From positions 2,912,001-2,976,000 of the forward strand of contig OY769902.1 in the NCBI GenBank assembly GCA_963669175.1: a stretch of 64,000 nucleotides of DNA, read 5' to 3'. Below, piece by piece: positions 9,401 through 18,721 of this stretch; position 1 is the stretch's first letter, and each line of letters opens with the position of its first letter. The notes under the pieces were generated by a model. That model was not told the DNA's origin. It ran no database searches and worked only from the letters and a program-made list of their open reading frames with translations. A program made the position numbers and the translations under genes. Origin of the DNA: a bacterium. Its GTDB lineage: Bacteria > Electryoneota > Electryoneia > Electryoneales > Electryoneaceae.

Positions 9401-12400
9401 CTGATGCGTAGCTGCAACCGGACGCACATCAGAACGCGAGAAATCAGCATTCATACCTGGCGTGAAAGTGTAATCCTGATTTATCTGACCTTCAGAATAA
9501 ACACTTACACGGACCAGCGGATCACCGGTATTTTCAACATGTCGCCATGTATTGTCATCCGTGGAATAGTGGAGAAGCCCCTCATACGCGGCGTCTGCAT
9601 CAACACAGACAGCCTCCCGGCCGCCGCTCTGGGAAAGCCCGGCCCAGAACCTGCCTTCAACTGGTGTGGCTGGATTAACAAGGACCAGCCCATTTTCCGG
9701 TGTCACGATATTTTCGTACAGCAGCGATCCTGGCTGACCATTCTTGTCTGCAAAGATTTTTACTGTGACAGGGTCTGCCGTTGCATCCGGCCACGCGCCC
9801 CATACGCTTGACGGATCTGCTACCTGCCATTCAAGCTGGGCGACAATACCTTCCGAAGAGACCTCAAAGGGGACGGCCCAAGTGACATCTTCTCCTGCGG
9901 CGGGAAGGGTCCAGGCATCAGCCGCGATCCCATCATCGTACTGCATGGCCAGCATGTTGTCGTAGCTGCCGGGAACACCCAGAGCCAGGCCAACGCCATC
10001 ATCATAGTCCCCATCCCAACTGATCAATCTTGGGGCAGTGCGACAGCTAACAGGTGTAAGAACAAAATCGGTCTCTATCTCAAATTCACCTTCTTCCCAT
10101 TGGACATCTTCAACTGAACCTTGCTCGTAACCGTTGGCTTGGCAGAGCAGTGTGTAGGGAGCATTGGCCGTATTGGCCAGCAGGATTTCGTAGTAACCTT
10201 CTTCGTTACTGATGCCAAATGCAGCGGGATCTTCCTGGATGAATACATAAGCATCTGCAACGGGGTTGCCATCAATATCTTCAACCCATCCGATGACATT
10301 GCCATATTCTTCTACATAACGTAGCTGGTAGGTCGTTTCATTGGTAATATCAGCCATGGCGAAAGTCGTTCCGACAGTCCCATCCTGATTCTCAACGCCT
10401 GCGATAGCTCCTGCACGATTATAATAGACCCAGTCATCCGCTTCTTCGTAATTGAAGTAGATGACGTCCGTATCACAATCCAGTACAACCTCATAGCTGT
10501 ATCGGTAACCCGTATTGCCTGAATAGGGCCGTAACAGGAATTGGATAATGATCTGGTTTTCATCTTCGTCCACATAATACCAGATACCAACCCCATCGCC
10601 TGCTTCACCGCCATGGTAGTCGCCGTTTAACGGAACGATAGTTGCGTTTGGATTGCTGGTTGCAGGGAGCGTAACACCAATGTTATTGCTGGTGAAATCG
10701 ATAAAACTCATCCAGCCATTGGTACAGGCGGCAAAACTGGAATACTCGGTGCCGTAGAAATTGAATGACAACGGATCTACGCTGATTTCTCCCGAATTGG
10801 AATCATCACCTGCATCGATGGCAACAGAACCTTCGCCGCCATTATTCGGGTTGATCTCGATCCAGTCGTAATCAATCTCCGTCAGGATGTAACCGCCAGG
10901 GGGAAGGGGGCGTACATCAACCGGGTCCGAAAAGACAAGATAGTCTTCGCCGTAACCGTAGTCCGCAGCAACAGCTACCTGGTACAGATGACCGTTGTCC
11001 AGGCCTGGCAGGGTATAACTGTTCCCGGTTATCAGGAGATCAGCCTGGTATTCCCCATCAAGGCTGATGCGATAGCCGAGAATAGTTTCGATTTCGTCCA
11101 GCTCGTCGGGGTGGTCTGCGAGTGTCCTGTTTTCTTCTCTTTCAAGGAGGTTTTCCAGTGAATGCAAACGCTGTATAACTTCAGGCAGTTTTGCCAATTC
11201 CTGGGGAACAGCGCGCCGTTGAATATCTGCGATAGAAGCATAGTAGTTGTTGATCTCCTCTCGAAGCGCAAGGAGGTTTACTTCCTGGGGAGTGTTGCTG
11301 GGCGCTTCCCAGGAAAGTTCAGCCAAACCATTACCACCGGAAGCGTTAAAAGCCGAAGGAGGGTAGACTTCATGTAGTGTCCATTCTACTTCCAACCCCT
11401 CAACACCCAGATCTACCTCATAGAGATACCGGTCGTGGTATCCTTCCGAACCTGCTGGATCGTGGCTGATGTATACATTATAAAGTCCGACAATCTGTTC
11501 GCCCAGGTCAAACTCGCCGTTGACGTCGGTCGTTGTTGAAACGCCAATCTCATAGAGTGAAATGGTTGCGTCTGCGACAGGCGTGTTTGGGGTGTCGGCA
11601 GAGTACAATGTTCCGGAGAAGAAACCTGTAGTGGTTTCCACATCCATCTCAAAATCGATGACATAGGTGCTGTCTTCCACGACGATGACAGATTCTACCA
11701 TTTCAGGCGAATAGCCGGAACGCCATACAACGACATCGAATGTGTCCTCAACACCGAGAGTAAGCGAGTAATAGCCATTCGTGTCAGTAACTGCTTCATC
11801 GAACAGGATTTCCGTATCTTCATAATAAAGAAGCACATGCGCATCGTCGAGTGAATCACCATTAACGCTTTCTGTTACCGTTCCAGTAATATATGCATCC
11901 TGGAATGAATAGAATTTTATTGCCAATCCGCCATATGGGTAATTTGCAGGATCATTGTTAAAAGAGGCTGTCAACCCAATGCTGCCATCTTCATTCTCTA
12001 TGCCTACCGTTTCACTATCGAAAGAGCCAGCAACACCGGTATAGTCTTCATGATACTGCAAGATGATATTGCCGTTAGGATAGAGGATCGCCTCATATTT
12101 CTGGTCAACCTGGATTACAAAACGACCATCATCGAGTAATTCATAGTACATGTAAGTTGACCAGTCAACGATATGATCATCCCAGTTAATTGCAATCATA
12201 TTATCAGGCGCTATTCCATCAGGCAGTTCGCTGTTGGTCCATTCGACTTCTTCATTGTCGAAGGAGAACCAACCATGGGCGCAGAACCAGAACTGGTCAT
12301 ACTCAATACTATAGAATGAGAAGTCAAAATCAAGGTCGTAAGGCCCCTGAACAACATCAGCTTGCCAGCCATCAGTTTCAGTTCCTGTTTCACTGATGTC

Positions 12401-12706
12401 GATCCAGTCGTATTCAGGCCCGTTATCTTCCTGTGAATCAATAAATTCGTAACCGAATTCGTCCGGACCACCCATCTCATCAAGCTCGTTTCCTGAACCT
12501 CCAAGAATACTCGCTCCGCGCAGGAGTACCAGTTGCGCTTCTGTTAACGCTTCAATGCCTTCCGTTTCCAGAATGAGTGTTGCTTCATCCAGTTGACGGT
12601 AAAATTCCTGGCGTTCAGGGGACAGGCTGGCGGGATCAGTTGCAGCAAAAGCAACTGAAACACCAAGCAGAAGGGAAACAACCAGGATTAATCGGTGTAC
12701 TCTCAT
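6431..12706 (-). CDS. Large secreted multidomain surface protein with T9SS-type C-terminal sorting domain (carboxypeptidase-regulatory-like, FN3, beta-sandwich and propeller-like domains)
   Basis: Signal peptide, GGPDEFGY domain start, several 'G.I.G.V.D...P...A.V' repeats, FN3 motifs, C-terminal NFPNPFNPATQIKF...SGMYFYRL...KRMVLIK. RBS GGAGG. Confidence 0.85.
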   Translation of the reverse strand: MRVHRLILVVSLLLGVSVAFAATDPASLSPERQEFYRQLDEATLILETEGIEALTEAQLVLLRGASILGGSGNELDEMGGPDEFGYEFIDSQEDNGPEYDWIDISETGTETDGWQADVVQGPYDLDFDFSFYSIEYDQFWFCAHGWFSFDNEEVEWTNSELPDGIAPDNMIAINWDDHIVDWSTYMYYELLDDGRFVIQVDQKYEAILYPNGNIILQYHEDYTGVAGSFDSETVGIENEDGSIGLTASFNNDPANYPYGGLAIKFYSFQDAYITGTVTESVNGDSLDDAHVLLYYEDTEILFDEAVTDTNGYYSLTLGVEDTFDVVVWRSGYSPEMVESVIVVEDSTYVIDFEMDVETTTGFFSGTLYSADTPNTPVADATISLYEIGVSTTTDVNGEFDLGEQIVGLYNVYISHDPAGSEGYHDRYLYEVDLGVEGLEVEWTLHEVYPPSAFNASGGNGLAELSWEAPSNTPQEVNLLALREEINNYYASIADIQRRAVPQELAKLPEVIQRLHSLENLLEREENRTLADHPDELDEIETILGYRISLDGEYQADLLITGNSYTLPGLDNGHLYQVAVAADYGYGEDYLVFSDPVDVRPLPPGGYILTEIDYDWIEINPNNGGEGSVAIDAGDDSNSGEISVDPLSFNFYGTEYSSFAACTNGWMSFIDFTSNNIGVTLPATSNPNATIVPLNGDYHGGEAGDGVGIWYYVDEDENQIIIQFLLRPYSGNTGYRYSYEVVLDCDTDVIYFNYEEADDWVYYNRAGAIAGVENQDGTVGTTFAMADITNETTYQLRYVEEYGNVIGWVEDIDGNPVADAYVFIQEDPAAFGISNEEGYYEILLANTANAPYTLLCQANGYEQGSVEDVQWEEGEFEIETDFVLTPVSCRTAPRLISWDGDYDDGVGLALGVPGSYDNMLAMQYDDGIAADAWTLPAAGEDVTWAVPFEVSSEGIVAQLEWQVADPSSVWGAWPDATADPVTVKIFADKNGQPGSLLYENIVTPENGLVLVNPATPVEGRFWAGLSQSGGREAVCVDADAAYEGLLHYSTDDNTWRHVENTGDPLVRVSVYSEGQINQDYTFTPGMNADFSRSDVRPVAATHQSPFYGHVAALNTPKAPIRQGWSQGIINRNELDEFLGYYIWYSTDGGENYSQANEDPIEVDAFFLDLGSDLENSDIMIFATAWVDSEGVEFESNPSQTVTAVFNMAPSGVSDFEVTDIDHLTQTATITWDAPTTNADGSPCVDLAGYVLYRGTTFLDTLDAETTTWDESVIEPAYYTYAIIAFDEVMNKSDSVLTVSTRIGNPPFFSGFEPDAVPEEDITFEPESIWECGEPTTGPGEAYEGDYVWATYLESDYQNSDDGSMISLHGWEPISENLMLGYYHWIAYESGYDGYNVQISTDNGDTWTIIAPIGGYPDATVVGLDNTPGFTQSSGGWQRVEFDLTQYAEADSIHLKFRHGTDTSANGYYGAAIDNMEIWGVMPDSRGAIEGFVFDTEDQPMEGALVSVLEYPEMQTYTDANGYYCLINIPADTLVTNTIRCEYIYYWDEDYEVTLLPFDTLSVNFTNESGHPMSFPDGEISNTSLEILVDIDSMVGDSTGFADIDLESNGSGPLQYGAYLWVVDNAVFHANKKTSKPRITNASPVVQRTGRMMTKRTTFTGPNLCIKAQNRGPQVQVSGELDELFDPLLAFDAGSLTENDGIMGAVTLDDGIYVSAVALSEDVGDNFLYQFSHDGSPIAARTYPDDMLGNSTSAIMDMAYDPETTELFGCNEDGDIFRFSRDLTTHQWIGNVGVYGRAMAYDYDSGYIFLSDGESIFALYDINSGASSGLPMPEGIGGLLGLAYNPFDIEGYTIYALAQNEDGEGGYIHRFSMDEMAWEMNLHELYLPEYGSSAGFEINPGFHHARYDITSVLQGEPDYINIWEGPVMPLEWLFVEPNTGLLEPGESTTLTITVDLQTKGDTVDLEPGDEINAELVFGGPHWANPPVVDVAIIFYYGADEETSDLPTKYALHQNFPNPFNPATQIKFDLVKAQDVRLTVYNVMGQEVMELVNHRMEAGFHAVTFDATRLASGMYFYRLQAGPFTDLKRMVLIK

Positions 12707-12884
12707 CGCATGCCTCCACTTGCTGGTATCTGGAATTTCTTTTTAGCGCAAGACTGAGACGATTGCACTGGTGGCAGGCGCAAATTAGTGCAGGCAATCA
12801 AGTGGTAATATCTTAAACTGCATACTTTATAGGCATTGGTCAAGTCCTTTCTGCAAACCAAAATGTTTTTTTCTTGAAAAGGAG

Positions 12885-15059
12885 TTATCTCAGGAGTATC
12901 AGGGATAATGAAATGATTCCTGCAAGGAAGGTTGGCCAGGATAATCCGAGCAATGGGATAATCAGTACTGTTATTATTGTGGCGCCAAGAAGCCCCCCAA
13001 GAAGATCAGAAGCGTAAAGAGGTGATATGGTCGTTATTGGTTTATCGTGCTTTTTTCTTCCGGCAAGGCTGAAAAGACCGCCTGATAGAAATCCGGCAAT
13101 ACCTTGAGCGAGGTACCAGGAAAAGGCCGGGAAATGCTGATCGTGGGTTAAAGCGAAGGCTAAACTGACGCAAAGCAGCGCAAGTGTAACGGGTAAACCA
13201 TAGCTGATAATTCTATTGCCAAGACGATCCTCATACTTGCTGATTACCCAGGCGCCTGCGCTCAGGCCGATCATATATGCTGTCAGTAACAATCCAATTC
13301 TGCCGAACAGGATACCATACTTCACCTGGTAATGAATCAAAATCACCGTCTCGAGGGTCATGCCGATAAAACCGGAAGCGAAGGCCAGGACAATCCCGGA
13401 AGCCAGAGACGGGAGATAGCGCTTTATCACGAGATTGATCACGCAAGCCAGAAGCAGAATGAAGAACAACGCCAGGAAACTCTGTCTCGGTGATAGATTT
13501 TCCAGGTAAAAAGTTCCCAGTTTTGGCAAGAACCTTGAGAACCAGTTTTGCAACGTAAACCCATACGCAGAGGGATGAAGATCCGTGTTGGGCTTGACCT
13601 TTTTCGTTTCCAGTCGCTGCCCGAATTGTCTATTGCGCTCATTTGTTATCCTGTATTCTAAGTAGGGAGAAGTAACCAAACTGGTTGACAGTTGGGCATC
13701 AACAAAGCGCTGAATCATGGTGGCTTTATCCGGGAATGGCGAATTCATTTTCCCCATATACAAATCTGTCTGCCCGGCCAGAACCCGTGTGTTTGTGAAG
13801 GCATTTTGCATTGCGGAATAGATACTGCTGTTCTGTTGTTCGATTGCTGGCGTCCAGTAATTCTCTGCGGATGGCATTCCAAAGGCAAAGACCCCGTTGC
13901 TGGATAGATTTTTCGCAACCAGTGCAAAAAAATCTTCCGTATAGTAGCGATTATTCTGAAGCGAAGAGGGGGGTGGCATACCACATACAATCAAATCGAA
14001 AGGCAACTCACGTCTACGCAGGAAATCACGGGCATCACAGAAATAGGTGTGTACACGAGGATCGGCCAACAGAATGCTGTCCTGCGAAGGAAAGGACATT
14101 CCCGACTGGCTGACCAGCATTTTGTCGATTTCAACGTAATTAACTCGATCTGGCTGATATTTCATTACTTCGCGCAATATTCCTGAAGAACCACCGCCCA
14201 GGATCAGAACATCATGAATGCTGTCGGTGCATGCCGCCGCAAGATGTACCAGGGGCTCGGTTTCTACACTCTCCGTATCGTAATGAAGAGCATTATTGAT
14301 GAAAACCACAGTTTGACCATATTCCCGGGTTGTCGCGATTCGACCGTATGGAGTATCGACGGTAGAAATAGTAAGAGTGGATGGATGTGCCCAGCTTTGT
14401 AATAACAGGTCCGTTTGAGAACTTATTCCGAAAGCAATAATAAGAAGGAGAAACCAAACGATCGAAAGCGGTTTTTTGCAACACCGAATACTTTTTAATC
14501 TCGGGGCCACGAGGATTGGCGGAACAAGCATGCAGATCAACGATTGAGAATAATTTGAGATGTGAAATGCCAACAGGATTGTTGAGGTGATTCCGCCCAG
14601 CGCACTGCCAAGACTTTCCCAGGCGTAAGCTTTCCCCAGATTTCCGCCAGCAGCAATGTATCTACCCGCTGCAAGACGGAAAAGGAAGCCCAGCAACAGG
14701 CCAGGTATGAACAAAGCCAGGATAATCAAGGCCAGTTGTTGCCCCAGTGGCAGGAATGCTCCTGACGTACCCCCGAACAGGATGTGAGAATACCGGGTGA
14801 AAATAAGTGTCCCCGGAATCATCGCCCCTGCAAGGACAAAGAGGGGGCGGAACAAGTGGGGTGAAAACGATTTTGAAAGTGCGGTGGATAATGCGCCGAT
14901 ACCATTCCAGAACATCCACGCCGCCAAACCGAGAAGATAGATCATTTCAACGCCAAAACCGGCAATCAGCAATTCACGCAGCAGCACAACCTGCCCTAGC
15001 AGGGCAAGAAAACCAGTAAAGATGAGCTCAATGATCCCGGTTCTTTGAGCGTTGTTCAT
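12885..15059 (-). CDS. Membrane-fused spermidine-synthase-like (SAM-binding fold) protein
   Basis: About 7 N-terminal and 6 C-terminal TM helices around a domain with LILGGG, VEID and DAR motifs. ATGA overlap with the upstream gene. Confidence 0.8.
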   Translation of the reverse strand: MNNAQRTGIIELIFTGFLALLGQVVLLRELLIAGFGVEMIYLLGLAAWMFWNGIGALSTALSKSFSPHLFRPLFVLAGAMIPGTLIFTRYSHILFGGTSGAFLPLGQQLALIILALFIPGLLLGFLFRLAAGRYIAAGGNLGKAYAWESLGSALGGITSTILLAFHISNYSQSLICMLVPPILVAPRLKSIRCCKKPLSIVWFLLLIIAFGISSQTDLLLQSWAHPSTLTISTVDTPYGRIATTREYGQTVVFINNALHYDTESVETEPLVHLAAACTDSIHDVLILGGGSSGILREVMKYQPDRVNYVEIDKMLVSQSGMSFPSQDSILLADPRVHTYFCDARDFLRRRELPFDLIVCGMPPPSSLQNNRYYTEDFFALVAKNLSSNGVFAFGMPSAENYWTPAIEQQNSSIYSAMQNAFTNTRVLAGQTDLYMGKMNSPFPDKATMIQRFVDAQLSTSLVTSPYLEYRITNERNRQFGQRLETKKVKPNTDLHPSAYGFTLQNWFSRFLPKLGTFYLENLSPRQSFLALFFILLLACVINLVIKRYLPSLASGIVLAFASGFIGMTLETVILIHYQVKYGILFGRIGLLLTAYMIGLSAGAWVISKYEDRLGNRIISYGLPVTLALLCVSLAFALTHDQHFPAFSWYLAQGIAGFLSGGLFSLAGRKKHDKPITTISPLYASDLLGGLLGATIITVLIIPLLGLSWPTFLAGIISLSLILLR

Positions 15060-16606
15060 TGCCTGTTCCGGTCAATATCGGATTCGCTGAACACGATTGC
15101 CTGAAATGTGTAGAATTCCATTGTTTTGCTGGTGCGCCATGTGTTCTGGCTCAGGCCCGCTTTTCGGCAGAGGTGATCCAGCGTCTCGTCAACATTCCAT
15201 CCCTGTTCCGGAGCGACCTGGGGAAGGTAGACCGCAGATGAACGGCCATCGCGGATCAGAACACCATCACGTCCGATTACTATCGATTCCGGTCCCTCAA
15301 CCCTGGTGTAGGGTGTCAGCACAGAAATCTCGATCTCAATATCATCCAGTTCATCCTGCCTGAGTTGGGAAAACCTGCGGTCACTAAACGCTGCCTGTAG
15401 AGCCATGGTTGAAACCGTCTGAACCAGGGGCAGGTCTTCCGCCATATGACCAATACAGCCACGCAACTGGTGGTTCTTGTTCAGGGTGACAAACGCTCCC
15501 TGCAGACGGTTTAATTCCGGATTATTGCTTCGAGGCAGGGGATAGGTATCAGATTGAAAAACCTGTTCCAGGGTGGTTCTGGCTAATTGCAGAAGCTCTT
15601 TTTTCCCGTCTTCTGAAAGCGATTGCGGATCAGTTTCAGTATGCGCTTTTTCGTATGAATCTTTCCAGTTTATACCCGGATCATCGTTGAAGAATCCCAC
15701 CGCCATGTAGCCGACAACACGATTATGATCCCCAACAGCAGCATCACCGGAATTGGCGTAACTGATCGGCACAGCATGTTTTGCGCCCAGTGCTTTAGAT
15801 GCGATCATCGTAGCCAGTATCGGTCCTTCACCACAGGCGCAAGTGGACAGAGCCGGCAAGCCAAGCCGCATCTGGTTACGGATGGTTTCTCTGACTTTTT
15901 CCGGGGAGAAGGTCGCTACAGCTTCCATCAGGCCATGATCTACACGCAGGGCATCTTCATAGTTCGGGTAATGAGAAAGGTCTGTCGAAGCGACCAGCAG
16001 AGGCTTTCTATCTTTCAGAGTTGTTACAAGCGCTTCGCCGAAATCACGGCATAAATCCCAATCGGGGCCACTGATCACCACGGGAAGGATGGGAGTATCC
16101 GGGAAGAGTGCCTGGATAAACGGCAGCTCGACCTCAATACTGTGTTCATCCGTATGAAGCGTCGCATCCAGCTTGAAGCGTTCATCGGCTTCGGACAGGT
16201 CTGTAGCCAGTTGCCGATCAACCGGAGCGATTCCCAGGGGAGTCTCAAAACCGCTGCCATTATAAATGGAAACACCACGAAAAGAACCGCTGGTATGGTT
16301 TGTTCCCAAGATGACAATGATGTCGTAGTCATGCTCGGCAGCCTGTTTGAACGCATCGGCAGCAATCTGGGCGGAATACACATAACCGGCATGCGGGACG
16401 ATAATCCCGACAGGTGTCGAGCCTGAAGCGGGCAGAGCATGCTCAAGATAGCTCCGTACCGCCGACTCAAGTTTGTCCTTTTCCGCAGGATAAAACTGAC
16501 CGGCGCGAACAGGTTGACGGATTGAACCGGAATAGGATGTTCCTGTCTGTGCCTGACACCCCGTTACCAGGAACAGGATTGTGAGAAGTACGGTTAGACG
16601 TTTCAT
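15056..16606 (-). CDS. AmmeMemoRadiSam protein B (MEMO1) - protein A (AMMECR1) fusion, predicted lipoprotein
   Basis: R.PVRAGQFYP, PHAGYVYS, EHSIEVELPF, STDLSHY and ACGEGP (MEMO); GAFVTL...LRGCIG, DRRF, IEISVL and YLPQVA (AMMECR1). Start at ATG 16606 after GGAGG gives MKRLTVLLTILFLVTG-C lipobox. Confidence 0.88.
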   Translation of the reverse strand: MKRLTVLLTILFLVTGCQAQTGTSYSGSIRQPVRAGQFYPAEKDKLESAVRSYLEHALPASGSTPVGIIVPHAGYVYSAQIAADAFKQAAEHDYDIIVILGTNHTSGSFRGVSIYNGSGFETPLGIAPVDRQLATDLSEADERFKLDATLHTDEHSIEVELPFIQALFPDTPILPVVISGPDWDLCRDFGEALVTTLKDRKPLLVASTDLSHYPNYEDALRVDHGLMEAVATFSPEKVRETIRNQMRLGLPALSTCACGEGPILATMIASKALGAKHAVPISYANSGDAAVGDHNRVVGYMAVGFFNDDPGINWKDSYEKAHTETDPQSLSEDGKKELLQLARTTLEQVFQSDTYPLPRSNNPELNRLQGAFVTLNKNHQLRGCIGHMAEDLPLVQTVSTMALQAAFSDRRFSQLRQDELDDIEIEISVLTPYTRVEGPESIVIGRDGVLIRDGRSSAVYLPQVAPEQGWNVDETLDHLCRKAGLSQNTWRTSKTMEFYTFQAIVFSESDIDRNRQ

Positions 16607-16684
16607 GCCATCGCCTCCAATTGCCACGGGAGTGTAATGTAACTGAAGCGATGAAATACTTCAAATAATTGTGGATACTTGGAT

Positions 16685-16726
16685 AAAACAAAAGCAGGGA
16701 TCGATCCACGGCGGTCAATCCCTGCT
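16685..16726 (-). terminator. Intrinsic terminator of the C10 peptidase gene
   Basis: AGCAGGGAT...ATCCCTGCT stem preceded by an A-run on the + strand. Confidence 0.65.
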
Positions 16727-16748
16727 GAATAAAGCTATGTCTAGAAGA

Positions 16749-18524
16749 TTACTTGCTATACACAATCTTCTGAATCTGCTGATGTGCATTATTCAAGCGT
16801 GCGTCAATGAAGTAAATACCGGTCGCCAGGTCGGAGGCATCAAAACGGAAAGAGTATTCACCGGTTGAATAATGTCCTGCGCCAATAACAGCCACTCTTT
16901 CACCGAGGACATTATATAGATGAAGAGTAACATCTCCTGCTTCGGGTAAAGCTACGGTAATCGAAGTGGAAGAATTAAACGGATTCGGGTAGACTGAAGA
17001 CACCTCGAAATGATCCGGGATACGGCTGTCTTTTGTTTCCGGAGTTGCTGTCTCTTCCCAGACTACTACGGCTGGTGGCGAGGGGAAAGATTCTCCGTCG
17101 GGATACTGTGCTGTAACCGTGTAGCTGTAGGAACCATATTCCGTAAGCAAATTCACGACTGTTTCTGTTACAGCAATCGAAATCCATGTACCATCACGAT
17201 AAATCTTGTAGTATTCAAAACCACCTTCTTCCGGGGCTTGCCAGGTCAGGGTGACATTGCCTGTTTCCGGATCAACATTTCCGGCCAGCGCTGTCGGCGC
17301 GGCGAGGTCGGATGGATCCGCTTCCGGCATGAGATTGATTGTAGCGCATTCCACATTCGGATTGGGAAGCGGCCAGGAATCAAATGTATACCACTGGTTG
17401 GCGTAGCCGCCCCAGCCGTAATTCATGTACACCTGGTTGTAGCCGCCCACAACACGATACCCGGCGCAGGCAATTGCATGCTGGTCAATGCCGTACACCA
17501 TCGGACGTTCCTCATCCAGCTCAGCACAAAGAACAGCAAACCATGCGTCGGCGCCGTAATAGTCTCGACGTTCTGCCAGATCAGCAGACTCCACAAACCT
17601 GAAGTGCGCTGACATCGCCCCGGCCACATCCTGCATGAAAGCGCCGCTGCCTTCGTTGTCATAGTCCATCTCGACAGCCACACCAAGCTCATAATTGAGC
17701 TCGGCTATGGCGTCTATTTCAACTTGTGTCGGGCTGTTGCTGTAATAACCGTAAATATGGTCCCAATCATAGGGATCACTGAAGTCGGCGGACAATTCAT
17801 GCGCAGTAACACCGTCTTCCATCCAGGTATAGGTATGAGAACCTTCTCCCATCGGCGGCCATTGCCAGTAAAGGCAAACCATACCCATGGCTGTGGCGAC
17901 ACAACCAACCGGGCATCGTTCATAACCGTTGACAGGAACATAAGAGTTGTAAGGATATCCCTGGTGCCAGATAATCCCCTGCAACAGGTTCACCCCCGGA
18001 GTGTATTCGTCCAACTCGGAAACAGGCAGGCTGCTTCTGAAGTCCGAGTAGTTATCCCGGGTGTAGGCCTGCCAAAGGTTCGAAGCACGATCTACCTCAG
18101 ATTCCATCACGCCATTGGCCTGCCACTGCGCACGGTTTTCACCAAGTTCCTCAATCTGTTCCATCTTTTGGGCCAGCAGCTCAATCAGGATTTCGCCGGG
18201 CGAATCGGGGCCGTCAAAACTGAGAATGCCCTCATGCCAGGAAGCTTTCACCGGCGGCAGCAGGGAAGAGGCGGTGATAACAGCGTAGCCAGTGGGTGCG
18301 AACTCCATGTAATAGCCTACGATGTTGCCATTGTGCAACAGTGCTTCAGCGTTTTCAACAGCTTCCGGCTGTATGGTCCATTCACCCACCTCATGCATAT
18401 AGGTGGCATAATTCCATGCAACCGTATTCGCCTCTTCCATCGAAATGTCAACACTGGCAAAGACAAATGCAGGAATAACAAGCATTACCAGCAGGATGGC
18501 AGGCATTCTATGTAACCCGTTCAC
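16749..18524 (-). CDS. Peptidase C10 (streptopain-like cysteine protease) with propeptide, FN3 domain and T9SS-type CTD
   Basis: WHQGYPYN, catalytic PVGCVATAMG, HAIACAGY and MNYGWGG. N-terminal pro-domain; C-terminal YPNPFNSST...GIYFI. Confidence 0.9.
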   Translation of the reverse strand: MNGLHRMPAILLVMLVIPAFVFASVDISMEEANTVAWNYATYMHEVGEWTIQPEAVENAEALLHNGNIVGYYMEFAPTGYAVITASSLLPPVKASWHEGILSFDGPDSPGEILIELLAQKMEQIEELGENRAQWQANGVMESEVDRASNLWQAYTRDNYSDFRSSLPVSELDEYTPGVNLLQGIIWHQGYPYNSYVPVNGYERCPVGCVATAMGMVCLYWQWPPMGEGSHTYTWMEDGVTAHELSADFSDPYDWDHIYGYYSNSPTQVEIDAIAELNYELGVAVEMDYDNEGSGAFMQDVAGAMSAHFRFVESADLAERRDYYGADAWFAVLCAELDEERPMVYGIDQHAIACAGYRVVGGYNQVYMNYGWGGYANQWYTFDSWPLPNPNVECATINLMPEADPSDLAAPTALAGNVDPETGNVTLTWQAPEEGGFEYYKIYRDGTWISIAVTETVVNLLTEYGSYSYTVTAQYPDGESFPSPPAVVVWEETATPETKDSRIPDHFEVSSVYPNPFNSSTSITVALPEAGDVTLHLYNVLGERVAVIGAGHYSTGEYSFRFDASDLATGIYFIDARLNNAHQQIQKIVYSK

Positions 18525-18721
18525 GTTTTCGGCTCCTTGTGTACTTCAGGTGTTCCAGGCAATATCAAACTTGGACTCTTCTTCAATTGTAGATAGAAAA
18601 AAAGCAATAATCATGACAGATAATACCGCTTAAGCGAATTCGGAATATTATAATCACCTCTTTATTGTCATATATAATATTCATACAAATAGTATAATTG
18701 TGTTATTATAGAATATAATAT

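Noticed and set aside
15340-15360. DELDD in the MEMO-AMMECR1 fusion
   Set aside because: Part of the family-wide AMMECR1 motif E-L-x-x-x-x-I-E-I-S-V-L, so not counted as a processing site.
17508-17525. Second ELDE (CAELDEERP) in the C10 peptidase
   Set aside because: Lies in the conserved EL...RP helix of the catalytic domain. It shows the tetrapeptide can arise by chance, so context is needed for the main claim.
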